DNA from: Octopus bimaculoides
Lineage: Eukaryota
DNA length: 64,000 nt
Assembly (NCBI RefSeq): GCF_001194135.2
Contig: NC_068983.1
Coordinates: 101,979,416 to 102,043,415, forward strand
Reading direction: 5' to 3'
Shown here: positions 11,887-23,270 of the stretch, one piece after another
How positions within the stretch are numbered: position 1 is the first letter of the stretch
Layout of the letters: the number at the start of each line of letters is the position of its first letter
Made by a program: the position numbers and the translations under genes
The notes under the pieces: generated by a model
Databases searched by the model: none
Told to the model about the DNA's origin: nothing
The model's input: only the letters and a program-made list of their open reading frames with translations

Positions 11887-12715
11887 NNNNNNNNNNNNNN
11901 NNNNNNNNNNNNNNNNNNNNNNNNNNNNNNNNNNNNNNNNNNNNNNNNNNNNNNNNNNNNNNNNNNNNNNNNNNNNNNNNNNNNNNNNNNNNNNNNNNNN
12001 NNNNNNNNNNNNNNNNNNNNNNNNNNNNNNNNNNNNNNNNNNNNNNNNNNNNNNNNNNNNNNNNNNNNNNNNNNNNNNNNNNNNNNNNNNNNNNNNNNNN
12101 NNNNNNNNNNNNNNNNNNNNNNNNNNNNNNNNNNNNNNNNNNNNNNNNNNNNNNNNNNNNNNNNNNNNNNNNNNNNNNNNNNNNNNNNNNNNNNNNNNNN
12201 NNNNNNNNNNNNNNNNNNNNNNNNNNNNNNNNNNNNNNNNNNNNNNNNNNNNNNNNNNNNNNNNNNNNNNNNNNNNNNNNNNNNNNNNNNNNNNNNNNNN
12301 NNNNNNNNNNNNNNNNNNNNNNNNNNNNNNNNNNNNNNNNNNNNNNNNNNNNNNNNNNNNNNNNNNNNNNNNNNNNNNNNNNNNNNNNNNNNNNNNNNNN
12401 NNNNNNNNNNNNNNNNNNNNNNNNNNNNNNNNNNNNNNNNNNNNNNNNNNNNNNNNNNNNNNNNNNNNNNNNNNNNNNNNNNNNNNNNNNNNNNNNNNNN
12501 NNNNNNNNNNNNNNNNNNNNNNNNNNNNNNNNNNNNNNNNNNNNNNNNNNNNNNNNNNNNNNNNNNNNNNNNNNNNNNNNNNNNNNNNNNNNNNNNNNNN
12601 NNNNNNNNNNNNNNNNNNNNNNNNNNNNNNNNNNNNNNNNNNNNNNNNNNNNNNNNNNNNNNNNNNNNNNNNNNNNNNNNNNNNNNNNNNNNNNNNNNAT
12701 GTATGTTTATTTATG

Positions 12716-12768
<53 letters not shown>

Positions 12769-12771
12769 TAG

Positions 12772-12805
<34 letters not shown>

Positions 12806-13338
12806 TGTATGTATGTATATCATTTCTATTTCTGTAAATACAGAGATTTACTTATAAATATCTGAAGGCAAGTAGATCAACAACATGGCATGCTAAGATA
12901 GCATTGATTTTCAACCGAAAGCCACATACATTTTTGCTTTGTAATAATGATATTTGCTTGGTGTTTTGGTGTTGAAAAAAATATGCAGGGTAGCTTGAGA
13001 TGTGCAATATAAACAGTATAGTTGGTTGTAATTTGTGTGCAAGCTCCTGTGGGACAGAAAATATATAAAAATATTCTAGTTCATAATTGGCATCCGACAA
13101 CAACAACATCAATACTACCACACTAGTCACGCTACTGCTGTATCATCGTTATTGTCATTGTCATCCTCCTCCTCCTCATCATCATCATCATTAACATTTC
13201 ATTCAGAATTAGAACCAAAAAAGACTGGTGTATGCCTTGTAAATCATCAGACTATTCTCAGTTGCTTCAAAGTGTTGTTTAGAAAAAGCTGAATGTTGTT
13301 GTGATGATGATGATGATGATAATGGTGATGGTGGTGAT

Positions 13339-13372
<34 letters not shown>

Positions 13373-13399
13373 TATACACATACACACACACATATATAT

Positions 13400-13695
13400 A
13401 TGGTCTGGCTGTATGATTAAGAGGCTTGCTTTGCAACCATGTTCTCTTGGGTTCAAACCTACTATGTGACACTTGGGGCGAGTGTATTGCTTGTGAACAA
13501 ATCTGGCAGACAGGAATGTATATTTGTTCCCTGCTGCCACCAGTTAACAACCAGTGTTGGTTTGTTCATGTCCCTGCAACTTAGCAGTCTGACAAAAGAG
13601 TCTGATAGAATAAGTACCAGACTGTAAAATCTATGTACTGGAGTCAATTTGTTCAACTAAAACCCTTCAAAGTTCAATGACTGAAACAAATAAAA
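13400..13695 (+). mobile_element. tRNA-derived SINE (family B)
   Basis: GGGTTCAAACC B-box, CTTGGGGCGAGTG block, GATAGAATAAGTACC, tail ATGACTGAAACAAATAAAAGAT. Confidence 0.75.
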
Positions 13696-13785
13696 GATAT
13701 GTATATATAAATGTATGTGTGTGTGTATGTGTGAGTGTGTATATGTGTATGTATGTATGTATGTATCATATATATATTTATACAT

Positions 13786-13816
<31 letters not shown>

Positions 13817-13849
13817 TATATATATATTCTTTTATTTTTTCTTCCCTTT

Positions 13850-14365
13850 AACCCTCCAACGCGGAGTATAGGCCACTTATAATTAAACTCCATGTCGCAT
13901 AAATTTTCGCTTCTGTACTTATACTCTGCCTTTTGTGTTGATCTATGCCACAAGTTCTTAGGCCTACCCCTCTTTCTATATCCATCCAGATTCCACTGCA
14001 AAGCACTTTTCGCTGCATTTGGTGTGTTGTTTCTAATTGTGCTACCAATCCACTTCCACTTTTTCTTAAATATTTGCTCCCTAATCGAAACTTGATTCGT
14101 TCTTTGCCATAGCTCCATATTGCTTATGTNNNNNNNNNNTAATCGAAACTTGATTCGTTCTTTGCCATAGCTCCATATTGCTTATGTGTTCGGGCCATCT
14201 AATTTTAAGTATACTACACAAGCACCTGTTGATGAATGGTTGTCTTTGCTTATTTGACTTAACTGTTGTTCGCCATGTCTCAGCCCCATACAATAACACC
14301 GTTTTTACGTTAGTGTTAAAAATTCTTATTTTGTTCTTTATTGAAATTACACTTGCACTTAACAG
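13850..14365 (-). mobile_element. RTE-clade LINE 3' fragment (second family)
   Basis: LLYGAETWRTT, FINRCLCSILKIRWPEHISNMELWQRTNQ, WKWIG, GYRKRGRPKNLW. Confidence 0.88.
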
Positions 14366-14463
14366 GTGAAAATATATATATTACAGGTATACAAGTATGT
14401 TGGTGCAAACAGGAAAATAAAACTCAAAATATGAGTATATGTATATTTTTTATTAATATTGAG

Positions 14464-14573
14464 AAGTAACAGAGTGACTCAAGGTCTGAAAGTTTCATGC
14501 ATTAGCATTTATCAATCTAGTTTGATAAATGTCAACGTACAAAACTTTTGGACTTTGAATCAGTCTGTTGCTT
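14464..14573. repeat. Degenerate palindromic element with hammerhead-like core in each arm
   Basis: 52-bp arms (14464-14515 and 14522-14573), 12 mismatches of which 11 are transitions, 6-nt loop; adjacent to (TA)n. Confidence 0.7.
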
Positions 14574-14794
14574 ATGCTAAATATCAATAAATATATATAT
14601 ATATATATAAGAGTGGCTGTGTAGTAAGTAGCTTGTTTACCAGCCACATAGTTTCGGGTCACATGAAAAATTTTTTTAATTTTTTAATTTTGAGAATTTC
14701 TCTTTTTAAATCACAGTTTAAAATACAGTCAGTTCGAATTTTTGGCTTAAATACCAACAATGTGTTTTTGGGAGAAAGATATTCTTTTCTACTC

Positions 14795-14996
14795 TAGGCA
14801 CAAGGCCTGAAATTTTTAGGGAGGGTGTCAGTCGAATAGATCAACCCAGTATACAACTGGTACTTAATTTATCGACCCTGAAAGGATGAAAGGCAAAATC
14901 GACCTCGGCAGAATTTGAACTCACAATGTAAAGACAGATGAAATACTGCTAAGCATTTTGCCCGGCGTGCTAACATTTCTGCCAGCTCGCCGCCTT
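14795..14996 (-). mobile_element. tRNA-derived SINE (family A), well-conserved copy
   Basis: Head AAGGCGGCGAGCTGGCAGAA, B-box GAGTTCAAATTC, core GCCTTTCATCCTTTCAGGGTCGATAAATTAAGTACC; CpGs retained. Confidence 0.88.
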
Positions 14997-15249
14997 GTGA
15001 GAGAAAGATATTGAAAAACATTAATACATCAGTCTGACAAACAAACGAGTAAGATGTGCTAAAAATAATGGTGAAATAGCCCTTAAATTATGCACCAAAA
15101 ATTTTGGGGTCTTGGTTTTTGTGTAATTGCATTAATTTCTGTGTGTAGAATACAAATTCACAAAAATTTTCTGAAAATTCCAACAAATGAAAAAGTTATG
15201 AGGGATTATGAGGTCTTGTGGTCTAAAGCAGAATTCCACTAGATATTCA

Positions 15250-15870
15250 TTTTGACACACCTGTGCAGTTGCTTCTTTCCCTACCCACTGTCTTCGGCAC
15301 TTGATATTTTTATAGAGAACCCTTTTCTCATCACCAGTCAGTATTCAGTCCAAAAATGGTTCATTCATGAGAGGTGACAGCAAGGAAGAGCACATTCACT
15401 CTCTGCATGTGATTAGACTCAAAATGTTTGTAAGAGACCCATTGACCCAATTTGCTGACTTTTCTGATGGCATGCAGGTGTCAATGAATGGTTGAATGAC
15501 CAAATCAAAACTTCTCTGTTAGTTCCTCCACAGTTACGATGGGATTTAGTTCCACTAGGGTTTTGCAAAACGTCTTTGTCAAACTCTACTGATCTTCCAG
15601 GATGCGGCTTGTCTTCTAGGCTGTAGTTTCCAGCTCAGAGTTTCTGGAACCACCATTGACACTGGCTTACGCTTATTGTCTGATCCCCATATAATGCATT
15701 AATATTCCTCGTACTTACCATTGAGTTGTTGCCTTTATTGAACTCATAAAGCAAAATATGTGGTATATGCTCCTTTGTCACTTCTATTATAGCTTTGAAA
15801 AATAACTGTTAAAATCGAACTACACTCTTCAAGACTTGCACTAAGAATAAGGACAAGGTAAAATTACTAC
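15250..15870 (-). mobile_element. Mariner transposase N-terminal half, degenerate
   Basis: HILLYEFNKG, LYGDQTISVSQCQWWFQK, SLEDKPHPGR, KLGQWV, EPFLD*ILTGDEKR. Confidence 0.75.
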
Positions 15871-16817
15871 CAGCTTTTATAGCAAGTTGATGCAGGTAGT
15901 TTATCCTGTCCCCCTCTGACTTTTAGTTCATGCAATTGAAAAAGCCACATTATTTATGAGATGATCCAATATATATGTATACGTACATACATACATACGT
16001 ATAGAACCACTCCTCAGCAGTTAGGTAAAATGAAAGCATGCAGACTAAACTGCCTTATCTAGATATATAATAAAAACAAAATACCAATAACTGATGTGAA
16101 CTTGTAAACCATGACCTGTCAGCTCATGTTAGTATTCAATCATTCATTTCACTAATTTAGCTAATAATAAATTGTTAATACTATTACTGTTGTTAGCAAT
16201 CCCATTCAGCTCGTTTTAATAACATCTGATTGGCATGTGGTCTGTTTATGATATCTCAGTAAAACAAGATACGATGTAATACAATGGAACCTATTTTTCA
16301 ATTATATGTACTGAAGCTTACTGTACCCTAAAGCTGTTGCAGGAAGAATTCAACAACTTGATGGCTTTTATAAAGGAATGAACTTAAGTTTTATGGTAAA
16401 ATTACAGAATTATCCATGGACTGAGGTTAGAATAAGATCCTGTACTACTGGAATAAAGTTTGTATACTAAACTGTTACAGTGAGTTTGTGTGTGTGTGTG
16501 TGTGTGAACTTGTGTTTGTATGTGTGCATGTGTTTGAGCTTGTTTGTATGTATATGGCTGCATATGTGTGCATGTGTGTTATGGTTTAGTCTAGTGGTTC
16601 TCATGTAATCTTTTATGACCCACTGGAGATCAAATATAAAATTATCTGTGCACTGTTGTATGGAAAAATTAAAAAAGGACGATGATTTAAGGTTAAAAAC
16701 TTAGTAAGAAATAAGGAAAACTATTGCTTACCTTGTTTTATTGATACTTGTCTATAAAAAAATTAATAACATTTTCAAAGCTGGTTAAGCATTTGCATGG
16801 ATTTTTTGAATCCTTAA

Positions 16818-17034
16818 ACCTTTAGCAGTTAAACCAGTCATATCAGGTGCAAATACTCAAACTGTTTTATATTAAAAACAAACAAGATCTGGCCTCTCAT
16901 ACCTACTCTACAATGTCATTCTAAAAATAGACAATCTCCTCATTGAAATGTTAAAGCTATGAGATAATGCATGATTAATTCAAAATAATGTGAATAAATA
17001 AGCATATTTGACAGAGGAATGTGAATGTTGAGGG
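16818..17034 (+). mobile_element. piggyBac-type MITE (family C)
   Basis: Colinear with 40066-40285; left TTAA flank, AGGG right end. Confidence 0.7.
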
Positions 17035-17956
17035 TCAAATCATATTTTTGAAAAAATACGTTGTACACTGAAATATTCTTTGCACCATTTGAGAACTACA
17101 TAGGTTGATTGAATGAAGAAGGGTAGTACCCATGGTTTTTTCAGGGCAACTGAAACTAGCAACAAAAAGAAAAGAAGAAACTAAAACATATGGGATTATG
17201 CCAACTATTCCTTCTGTTTTTGATGTGGCCCTCATAGAAATTGGTAGTCAATAGTGGGGCAGCTAATAAATAAGGGAATCCCCTGAAACGTTACTCTTGA
17301 GACCTGGCTCCTGTTACATCTGTTGTAGGCCTCTTTTGGAGAACCAATTCAAATTGTACTCACTAGCAACTATGTTGCAATGTATTATGGAAGATGCAAT
17401 AAGGAGCAGCATGTAGGAGTTAAACTTTGACTGGAAACCTGCACTGAATGCTTGCCATAAAATGGCTTTCACTAAAGCCACCTGAAAGCCAAATGGTGGC
17501 GTTGAAACAGCCAAAGATTAGGGCTGACCCAGGCTAAACATCAATAACAATAATCTAAAGAACTGTGGTTACTTGAAAGTGCCTAAATATTATATTTTCA
17601 AAAGAAGAAAAACAATATAAAGTCTCTCAAAAATACTTTCAAAATATTTTCCACTGCTTTGTAACAGAGAAAGTTGAAATCCTGGGCTGATAATATCTAT
17701 CTTTGGGACCTAAAATCATATTTCAACTATTACTGTGTACTTTTGGGCAAAGTACAGAGATCTGTTAACTAGAGAAAACCTGGCTTGAAAAAAATTCACT
17801 GATTCTAGCAATATGCCAATGAGAGGGCATTTGATCTTTTAGAAATAGCAGTCAAATATCTCTCAAATTACACCTCTAGAGTTTTAAAGGAAGATTTAAA
17901 GGAAGCTCACATAAGATGATATAGTTCTAGATATCCTGGAACACTTTTAGCTATGT

Positions 17957-18073
17957 CTAGTCAAGGTCTGACCCTAGTCAAGGTCTGACCCTAGTCAAGG
18001 TCTGACCCTAGTCAAGGTCTGACCCTAGTCAAGGTCTGACCCTAGTCAAGATCAGACCTAATCAAGGTCTAAC
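17957..18073. repeat. 17-bp tandem repeat (CTAGTCAAGGTCTGACC)
   Basis: Five identical copies at 17957, 17974, 17991, 18008 and 18025, plus two degenerate copies. Confidence 0.95.
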
Positions 18074-18159
18074 ACAGCAACATATACAAATGTCAAAAGT
18101 TGTGAAAGCTTTCCAATACACGCCAGCATGGATGCTTATGGATACTACTCTGTGAAGAT

Positions 18160-18475
18160 GTGTGGCTTGGTGGTTAGGGTATTCAGCTCATAGTCATAAT
18201 GCCATGAGTTCAATTTCCAGCAGTATGGTTTGTCCTTGGCCAAGCACTTTATTTCACATTGCTCCAGTCTACTCAGCTGGCAAAAATTAATAGTACCTGT
18301 GTTTCAAAGGGCTAGCCTTGTCCCATTCTGTGTCACACTGAATCTCCCTGAAAACTACATTAAGGGTACACATGTCTGTGGAGTGCTCAGCTACTTGCAT
18401 ATTAATTTCATGAGCAGGCTACTCCATTGATCGGATCAACTAGAACCCTCATCATTGCAACTGATAGAGTGCCAA
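18160..18475 (+). mobile_element. tRNA-derived SINE (family E)
   Basis: GTGGCTTGGTGGTTAGGG A-box, GAGTTCAATT B-box; colinear with 452-750. Confidence 0.8.
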
Positions 18476-18821
18476 TGAGCATGGATACACTGTTATGAGC
18501 TGGAAACAGTAGCAAAGTTACACACTATAAATTATGAGAAAGCATGGCTAAGGGAATGTTTTAATACTTGCCCTGTAATGCTTGTGAGGGTCTGGCAAAA
18601 CTAGTTAAGTCAGAGTTTTTTCTACAATTCAATGTCTTTTTTATCACCAACTTTTCCCCAGTAAGGAAAGTAATATTTCCTCTGGATCTTTGGACAATGA
18701 ACAGCTGAATGGCCAGACATGCTTTCACAGAAGATTGTACACAAATGACACCTTTTCTATAAACTGACTTTTGTTTACAGTTAGCATGCACATACTGAAA
18801 CAAGGGAATACACAAACACAG

Positions 18822-18861
<40 letters not shown>

Positions 18862-19238
18862 ACACACACACACACACCACAGCACATTTACATACACATA
18901 TGATATGCTGCATGTTTCTGCCCCCCAAATTTCAATCATGTCATCATTCAGCCTGAACCTATCCTAGAAGACACCAGCTTACTGTGTCTGCAATGTGGGA
19001 ACAAACCCTAAACTACATGGTTCTGAAGCAACTTTCTTAACCACATGGCCATGCTTATGCCTATTACTGAGAGGTGAATAAACTAAATATTACCTTTAGT
19101 CAAAGAAAGATTGTCTATAAAAAGAGTCTTATGCAAATAAAGAAATCTTATGACAAAGGACTAAATTATAGTTCACATAGATGAACTTGTATTTTGTGAA
19201 TAAATATAAGGCGTTCAGATGAGTGTATAGTTTGTATA

Positions 19239-20813
19239 TGGTGAAATGGGGGTTACTATTAACACTGGGGTAACTTGGACAAAATATAATATTTTGTTTC
19301 CTTTTATTGCTTGTTAGTAAAATTTCTTACAAAATTGTTTAAATGTGTTGTTAAACTTTAAAATTATATTTCTATGGTAGTATAATTTCAATGCATAAAG
19401 TAAAATTTGTAAATATAACTTTGATTATCCACTCAAAGAAAGAATTTGTCAACTTCAAATTCCAGCAAAACAAACATTTTTGTAAGATATGAATACTTTT
19501 GTCAGTAACTAAAGCACTTCTTGAATAAAAGATACAAACTTTTGTTAAAATATGATGTTAATATAACTAGTTAATAATTTTCTGTTGAAGTGTTTTTATA
19601 ACTTTGGTATCTTTGTAAAGACTTGTATAACATGACATGTTCCCCACCATTACCACCTTTGATTATCCAGCAGGGTTACTTTAAATGCCATTCAAAGTAG
19701 CTCTGATCACTGTTTCCAGCAGTAGGCAAACTGCTACTATGGTTCAAACTAATAGTGCCCAATATAAGTTAGGTATTTCAGATTTTTAAATGTTTTTCTT
19801 AATTATGGACAATATTTCACCCTTAGAATTAATGAGATGTAACCCCATACTTATCATTTATTTTATTATGGCTTGATAACCAGAATCAGTTTTTCTTTCT
19901 GTTACAAAGTCTAATTCTTTAAACCATATTCTATTTTTTTTTTTAAGATCAACTTGTAGTTTGGATCGAAATTAGAATTAACCAAATACTTATGCCAAGA
20001 ATTTATAATTGAAAACCTGACTCTTGAAGCTATAAATCCTATAGCCAAAAGAGTCTGGATAAAGCAGTGACAGATATTAAAGCAAAGAAAATTACCTTTC
20101 AAAAAGCCATGTTGTTTATAAAATTCCAGTCGGAACTCTGATTGAACAACAAGCATAGCAGGCAACCTGGTCACCCTTCAGTATTCAGTGAAAGAGAAGA
20201 AGCAGCATTTGTTGCTCACATTACAGCTGTTGCAGAATGGGGTTTTCCATTTGATGCTATGGATTTGAGAGTGCTTGCCCATAAGTAAAAAAAAACATTA
20301 CTGTTCAAAGTAACCCCAAATCAGGGGTTACTTTGAACAGCAACAATTATATAAAATAAAGTAATCAAATATTGACTGCAACTTATTTTTATTTTGGCAC
20401 CTGTACCAGTGGAGCACTAAGAGCACCGTTTGAGCGTGATCGTTACCAGCGTTGCCTTCCCGGCACTTGTGCCGGTGGCACATGCAAAGTCATTTGGCTC
20501 CTGTGCAGGTGGCACGTAAAAGCACCCACTACACTCTCGGAGTGGTTGGCATTAGGAAGGGCATCCAGCTGTAGAAACTCTGCCAAATCACATTGGTGCC
20601 TGGTGTAGCCATCTGGTTCACCAGTCCTCAGTCAAATCGTCCAACCCATGCTAGCATGGAAAGCAGACATTAAACGATGATGATGATGATGATGATATCA
20701 GTTTACATAGTTAGTCCCCCTAACATAGTCAAATTTAGTTAAGATTGAAAAAAAGATTATGAAATTATTGCAATAAGAAGTTTAAAACTGTTCAAAGTAA
20801 CCCCGTTTCATGG
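19239..20813 (+). mobile_element. Internally deleted pogo-like DNA transposon
   Basis: TA-flanked imperfect TIRs TGGTGAAATGGGGGTTACT and AGTAACCCCGTTTCATGG. The N-terminus from ATG 19992 reads MPRIY...YSQKSLDKAV...PGHPSVFSEREEAAFV...EWGFP...DLRVLA (HTH_psq plus CENP-B-type HTH), with stops. Confidence 0.75.
20395..20697 (+). mobile_element. RTE LINE 3'-UTR fragment nested in the pogo element
   Basis: GGCACGTAAAAGCACCCACTACACTCTCGGAGTGGTTGGCATTAGGAAGGGCATCCAGCTGTAG through ACATTAAAC(GAT)n. Confidence 0.85.
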
Positions 20814-22039
20814 TACAATGATATGGAATAGTAGTGGTGGTGGACAATTAGGATTAAATATAATTTAGAAGCTATGTGTCAGTTAAAAAAGGTTATACAA
20901 GTATACAGAGACTACCAGACTATTATTTATGTCTAAATAAAGTTTGTAAGCATCAATAAGTTTGTTGCTAAGGTTGGATAGAGGTGGTGGTATTTGTCTA
21001 AATTTGAATGAATACGCTTCTGAGAAAGGACTCAGGCTGAATCATTAGAATTTGCATCTCCATTACAGCGTAGAAACTTATTATATTTGTGAACTTTATT
21101 TTCTGATTTTTGCAGATCCAGACCATTACTAGTTTCTGGTTTTTATTTATGTCTACATGTTGATGTAGGAATTTACAACAACGACAACAACAAAAAAATT
21201 CTTTCTGTCTAATTTTTTGTCTTGTATGTGTGTGTTTTGTGTTGTTTGCATGTGTGTCTGTGTGTGTTATTTTCCACCTCCTCTAGCTTCATATAATGTA
21301 GTGATAAAGACTCTCAACAACAAAACCTTTACTCCTATTATGCCAAATGACAATACAGCTTGTAAAATAACAATTATAGTTGAACAGAGATGTCTGGACA
21401 CATGATATGAAAAATCAACAAAACAAACAACTATGAAATGATGCTACTGCTTTTAGTGATGATGATGATGATGATGATATCAATAATGGTGACGATGATG
21501 AAGGTAGTAGTTTAGTGACTGTCATGGTATGAGAAGGAGGAAGAGGAAGGAGAAATATGAAGAGGTGATCAAAAGCCCATCACTTTTCCATAATCATGTT
21601 ATCCAACAAAACTACTTAAATAACATCAAATGAGTGTAACTGTTATCAGCTTCATAAAAGTTCCCTGCACTCAAACTGTACATTTTGGGGGGAGTGGGGG
21701 TTTCATGGTATAGTTAGAAGCAGCAAGGCATTTCTATGTCCTTATGCAAGGGCTCTGAAATAGATTGGAAAATGAGAATTTATAGCAGCACTCCAAATAT
21801 CAGCTGTCCTCAAACTGGAGACTTAGTTCAAATGCTTGTAACAGAGTCAGGTTACACCAAAGGCAGCCATGGGCCAGGTGATGGTGATAAATGCAAGCTC
21901 CACCCCAAATATTAATTTTACCAGTCTCTTAACTGTGAAATTAAATTTCATGGTTATTCCAATAATGGTGTTAAATGGCTACCAAAAAAATAGGATTGGT
22001 ATTTTCTGCAAGTCATGTTGCCACAATAAACTTGACATA

Positions 22040-22310
22040 TCATCATCATCTCGTTTAACGTCTGTTTTTCCATGTTGGTATGGGTTGAATGGTTTGACTG
22101 GAGCTGGTAAGGCCAGGAGCCACATCAGGCTCCATTGTCGGTTCTGGAATGGTTCCCCTGGCTGGATGTCCTTCCTAATGCCAACTACTCCACAGAGTGT
22201 AGTGGGTACTTCTTATGTGGCACTGGTATCAGTGCTTTTAGCATGACACCAGCACAAGGTGCTTTTAAGATGACACCAGGTGCTTTTACCATGGCACCAG
22301 TACAAAAAAT
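22040..22310 (-). mobile_element. RTE LINE 3'-UTR fragment
   Basis: Reverse complement of the 20395-20697 type sequence. Confidence 0.75.
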
Positions 22311-22838
22311 AGTTTCAAACATGACATTCATCAACAAAAGATAGACTGGTATATAAAAGGTAATGACATTTTGATTGGATATATATCTGATTTGTGCAGT
22401 AAAAGGGATTAAACATGGTAGTTTTTAATCTTCATAGCACCCCTACTCTGTGAGAAACACCGGATTAAGTCTACCAACAAGAACAGACACAACTTTATGA
22501 TGTCCTTCAATGCAGTATCTACCCAACTTCACTCACAAGGCTTGACTGGACTCTAAGACACTTGCCCAAAATGCTGAGTAGTGGAATTAGACTTTGTGTC
22601 ATGCAACTGACTGGGATCCAGAACTAGACATCATTTATAATATTTGCTATACAGACATCACCAGACAACAATTACAATTAGTAAGTGAGTATCAGTGACA
22701 GTAAGAGTAACTGAATGCATTGCCAAGTGAGATAAAGAAGACTGACTGAAGTCAAAGTGTGATGGGAGGGGGAGAAGAAAAAGAAGAAGTGGAGGATGAT
22801 GATGATGAAAATGATAATAATAATAATAATGATAATAA

Positions 22839-23270
22839 TTCCAATATGTACAGATCAGACCATCATTCCAGTATGTACAGACCGGACCATCAAATGTAAC
22901 AATTCTTCAGGACTTTTCAGTATGTACAGACCAGACCATCAAAACAAATAAACTAGATATTGTTGTGAAAGACCAAAACAATAAAGTCTGTCTACTGATT
23001 GACATGAGCATACCCTGTGACCAAAATACCTCAGCAAAAGAATTTGATAAGCTCAGAAAATATAAAGATTTGCTAATCGAGATCAAAAAGATGTGGCATC
23101 GAAAGATGGTTACAGTACCAGTGATTATAGGAGCACTTGGAATGATCAAAAAAGGAACTAAAAATCATTCAAGAATGATCCCTGGTTTACCATCCATGTG
23201 GCAAGTGCAAAAATTTGTCTTAACTGGTACGTCACACGTACTGAGAAGAGTATTGATGCTGTGAATTTTC
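22839..23270 (+). mobile_element. 5'-truncated R4/Dong-like non-LTR retrotransposon (restriction-like endonuclease C-terminus)
   Basis: DFSVCTDQTIKTNKLDIVVKDQNNKVCLLIDMSIPCDQNTSAKEFDKLRKYKDL...VPVIIGALG...VLTGTSHVLRRVL, a PD-(D/E)xK-type region; the 5' flank is a (GAT)/(AAT) microsatellite. Confidence 0.88.

Noticed and set aside
11781-12865. Long ORFs spanning N runs (also near 4099, 34357, 37110, 50731 and 53543)
   Set aside because: They are open only because gap bases contain no stop codons.
13200-13285. DWCMPCK, resembling a thioredoxin WCxPC motif
   Set aside because: Short frame bounded by a stop and microsatellite, with no flanking thioredoxin fold residues; likely chance.
14082-14187. 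48-bp direct duplication flanking a 10-N gap
   Set aside because: Identical copies on both sides of a minimal gap indicate an unmerged contig overlap, not biology.
16340-16432. Plus-strand open frame GRIQQLDGFYKGMNLSFMVKLQNYPWTE
   Set aside because: Weak acceptor and donor; the opposite-strand reading has good splice sites but stops in all three frames.
17957-18073. 17-bp repeat considered as a CRISPR-like array
   Set aside because: The units are directly adjacent with no unique spacers, there are no cas genes, and the context is eukaryotic. The same applies to the 32-bp repeat at 56201.
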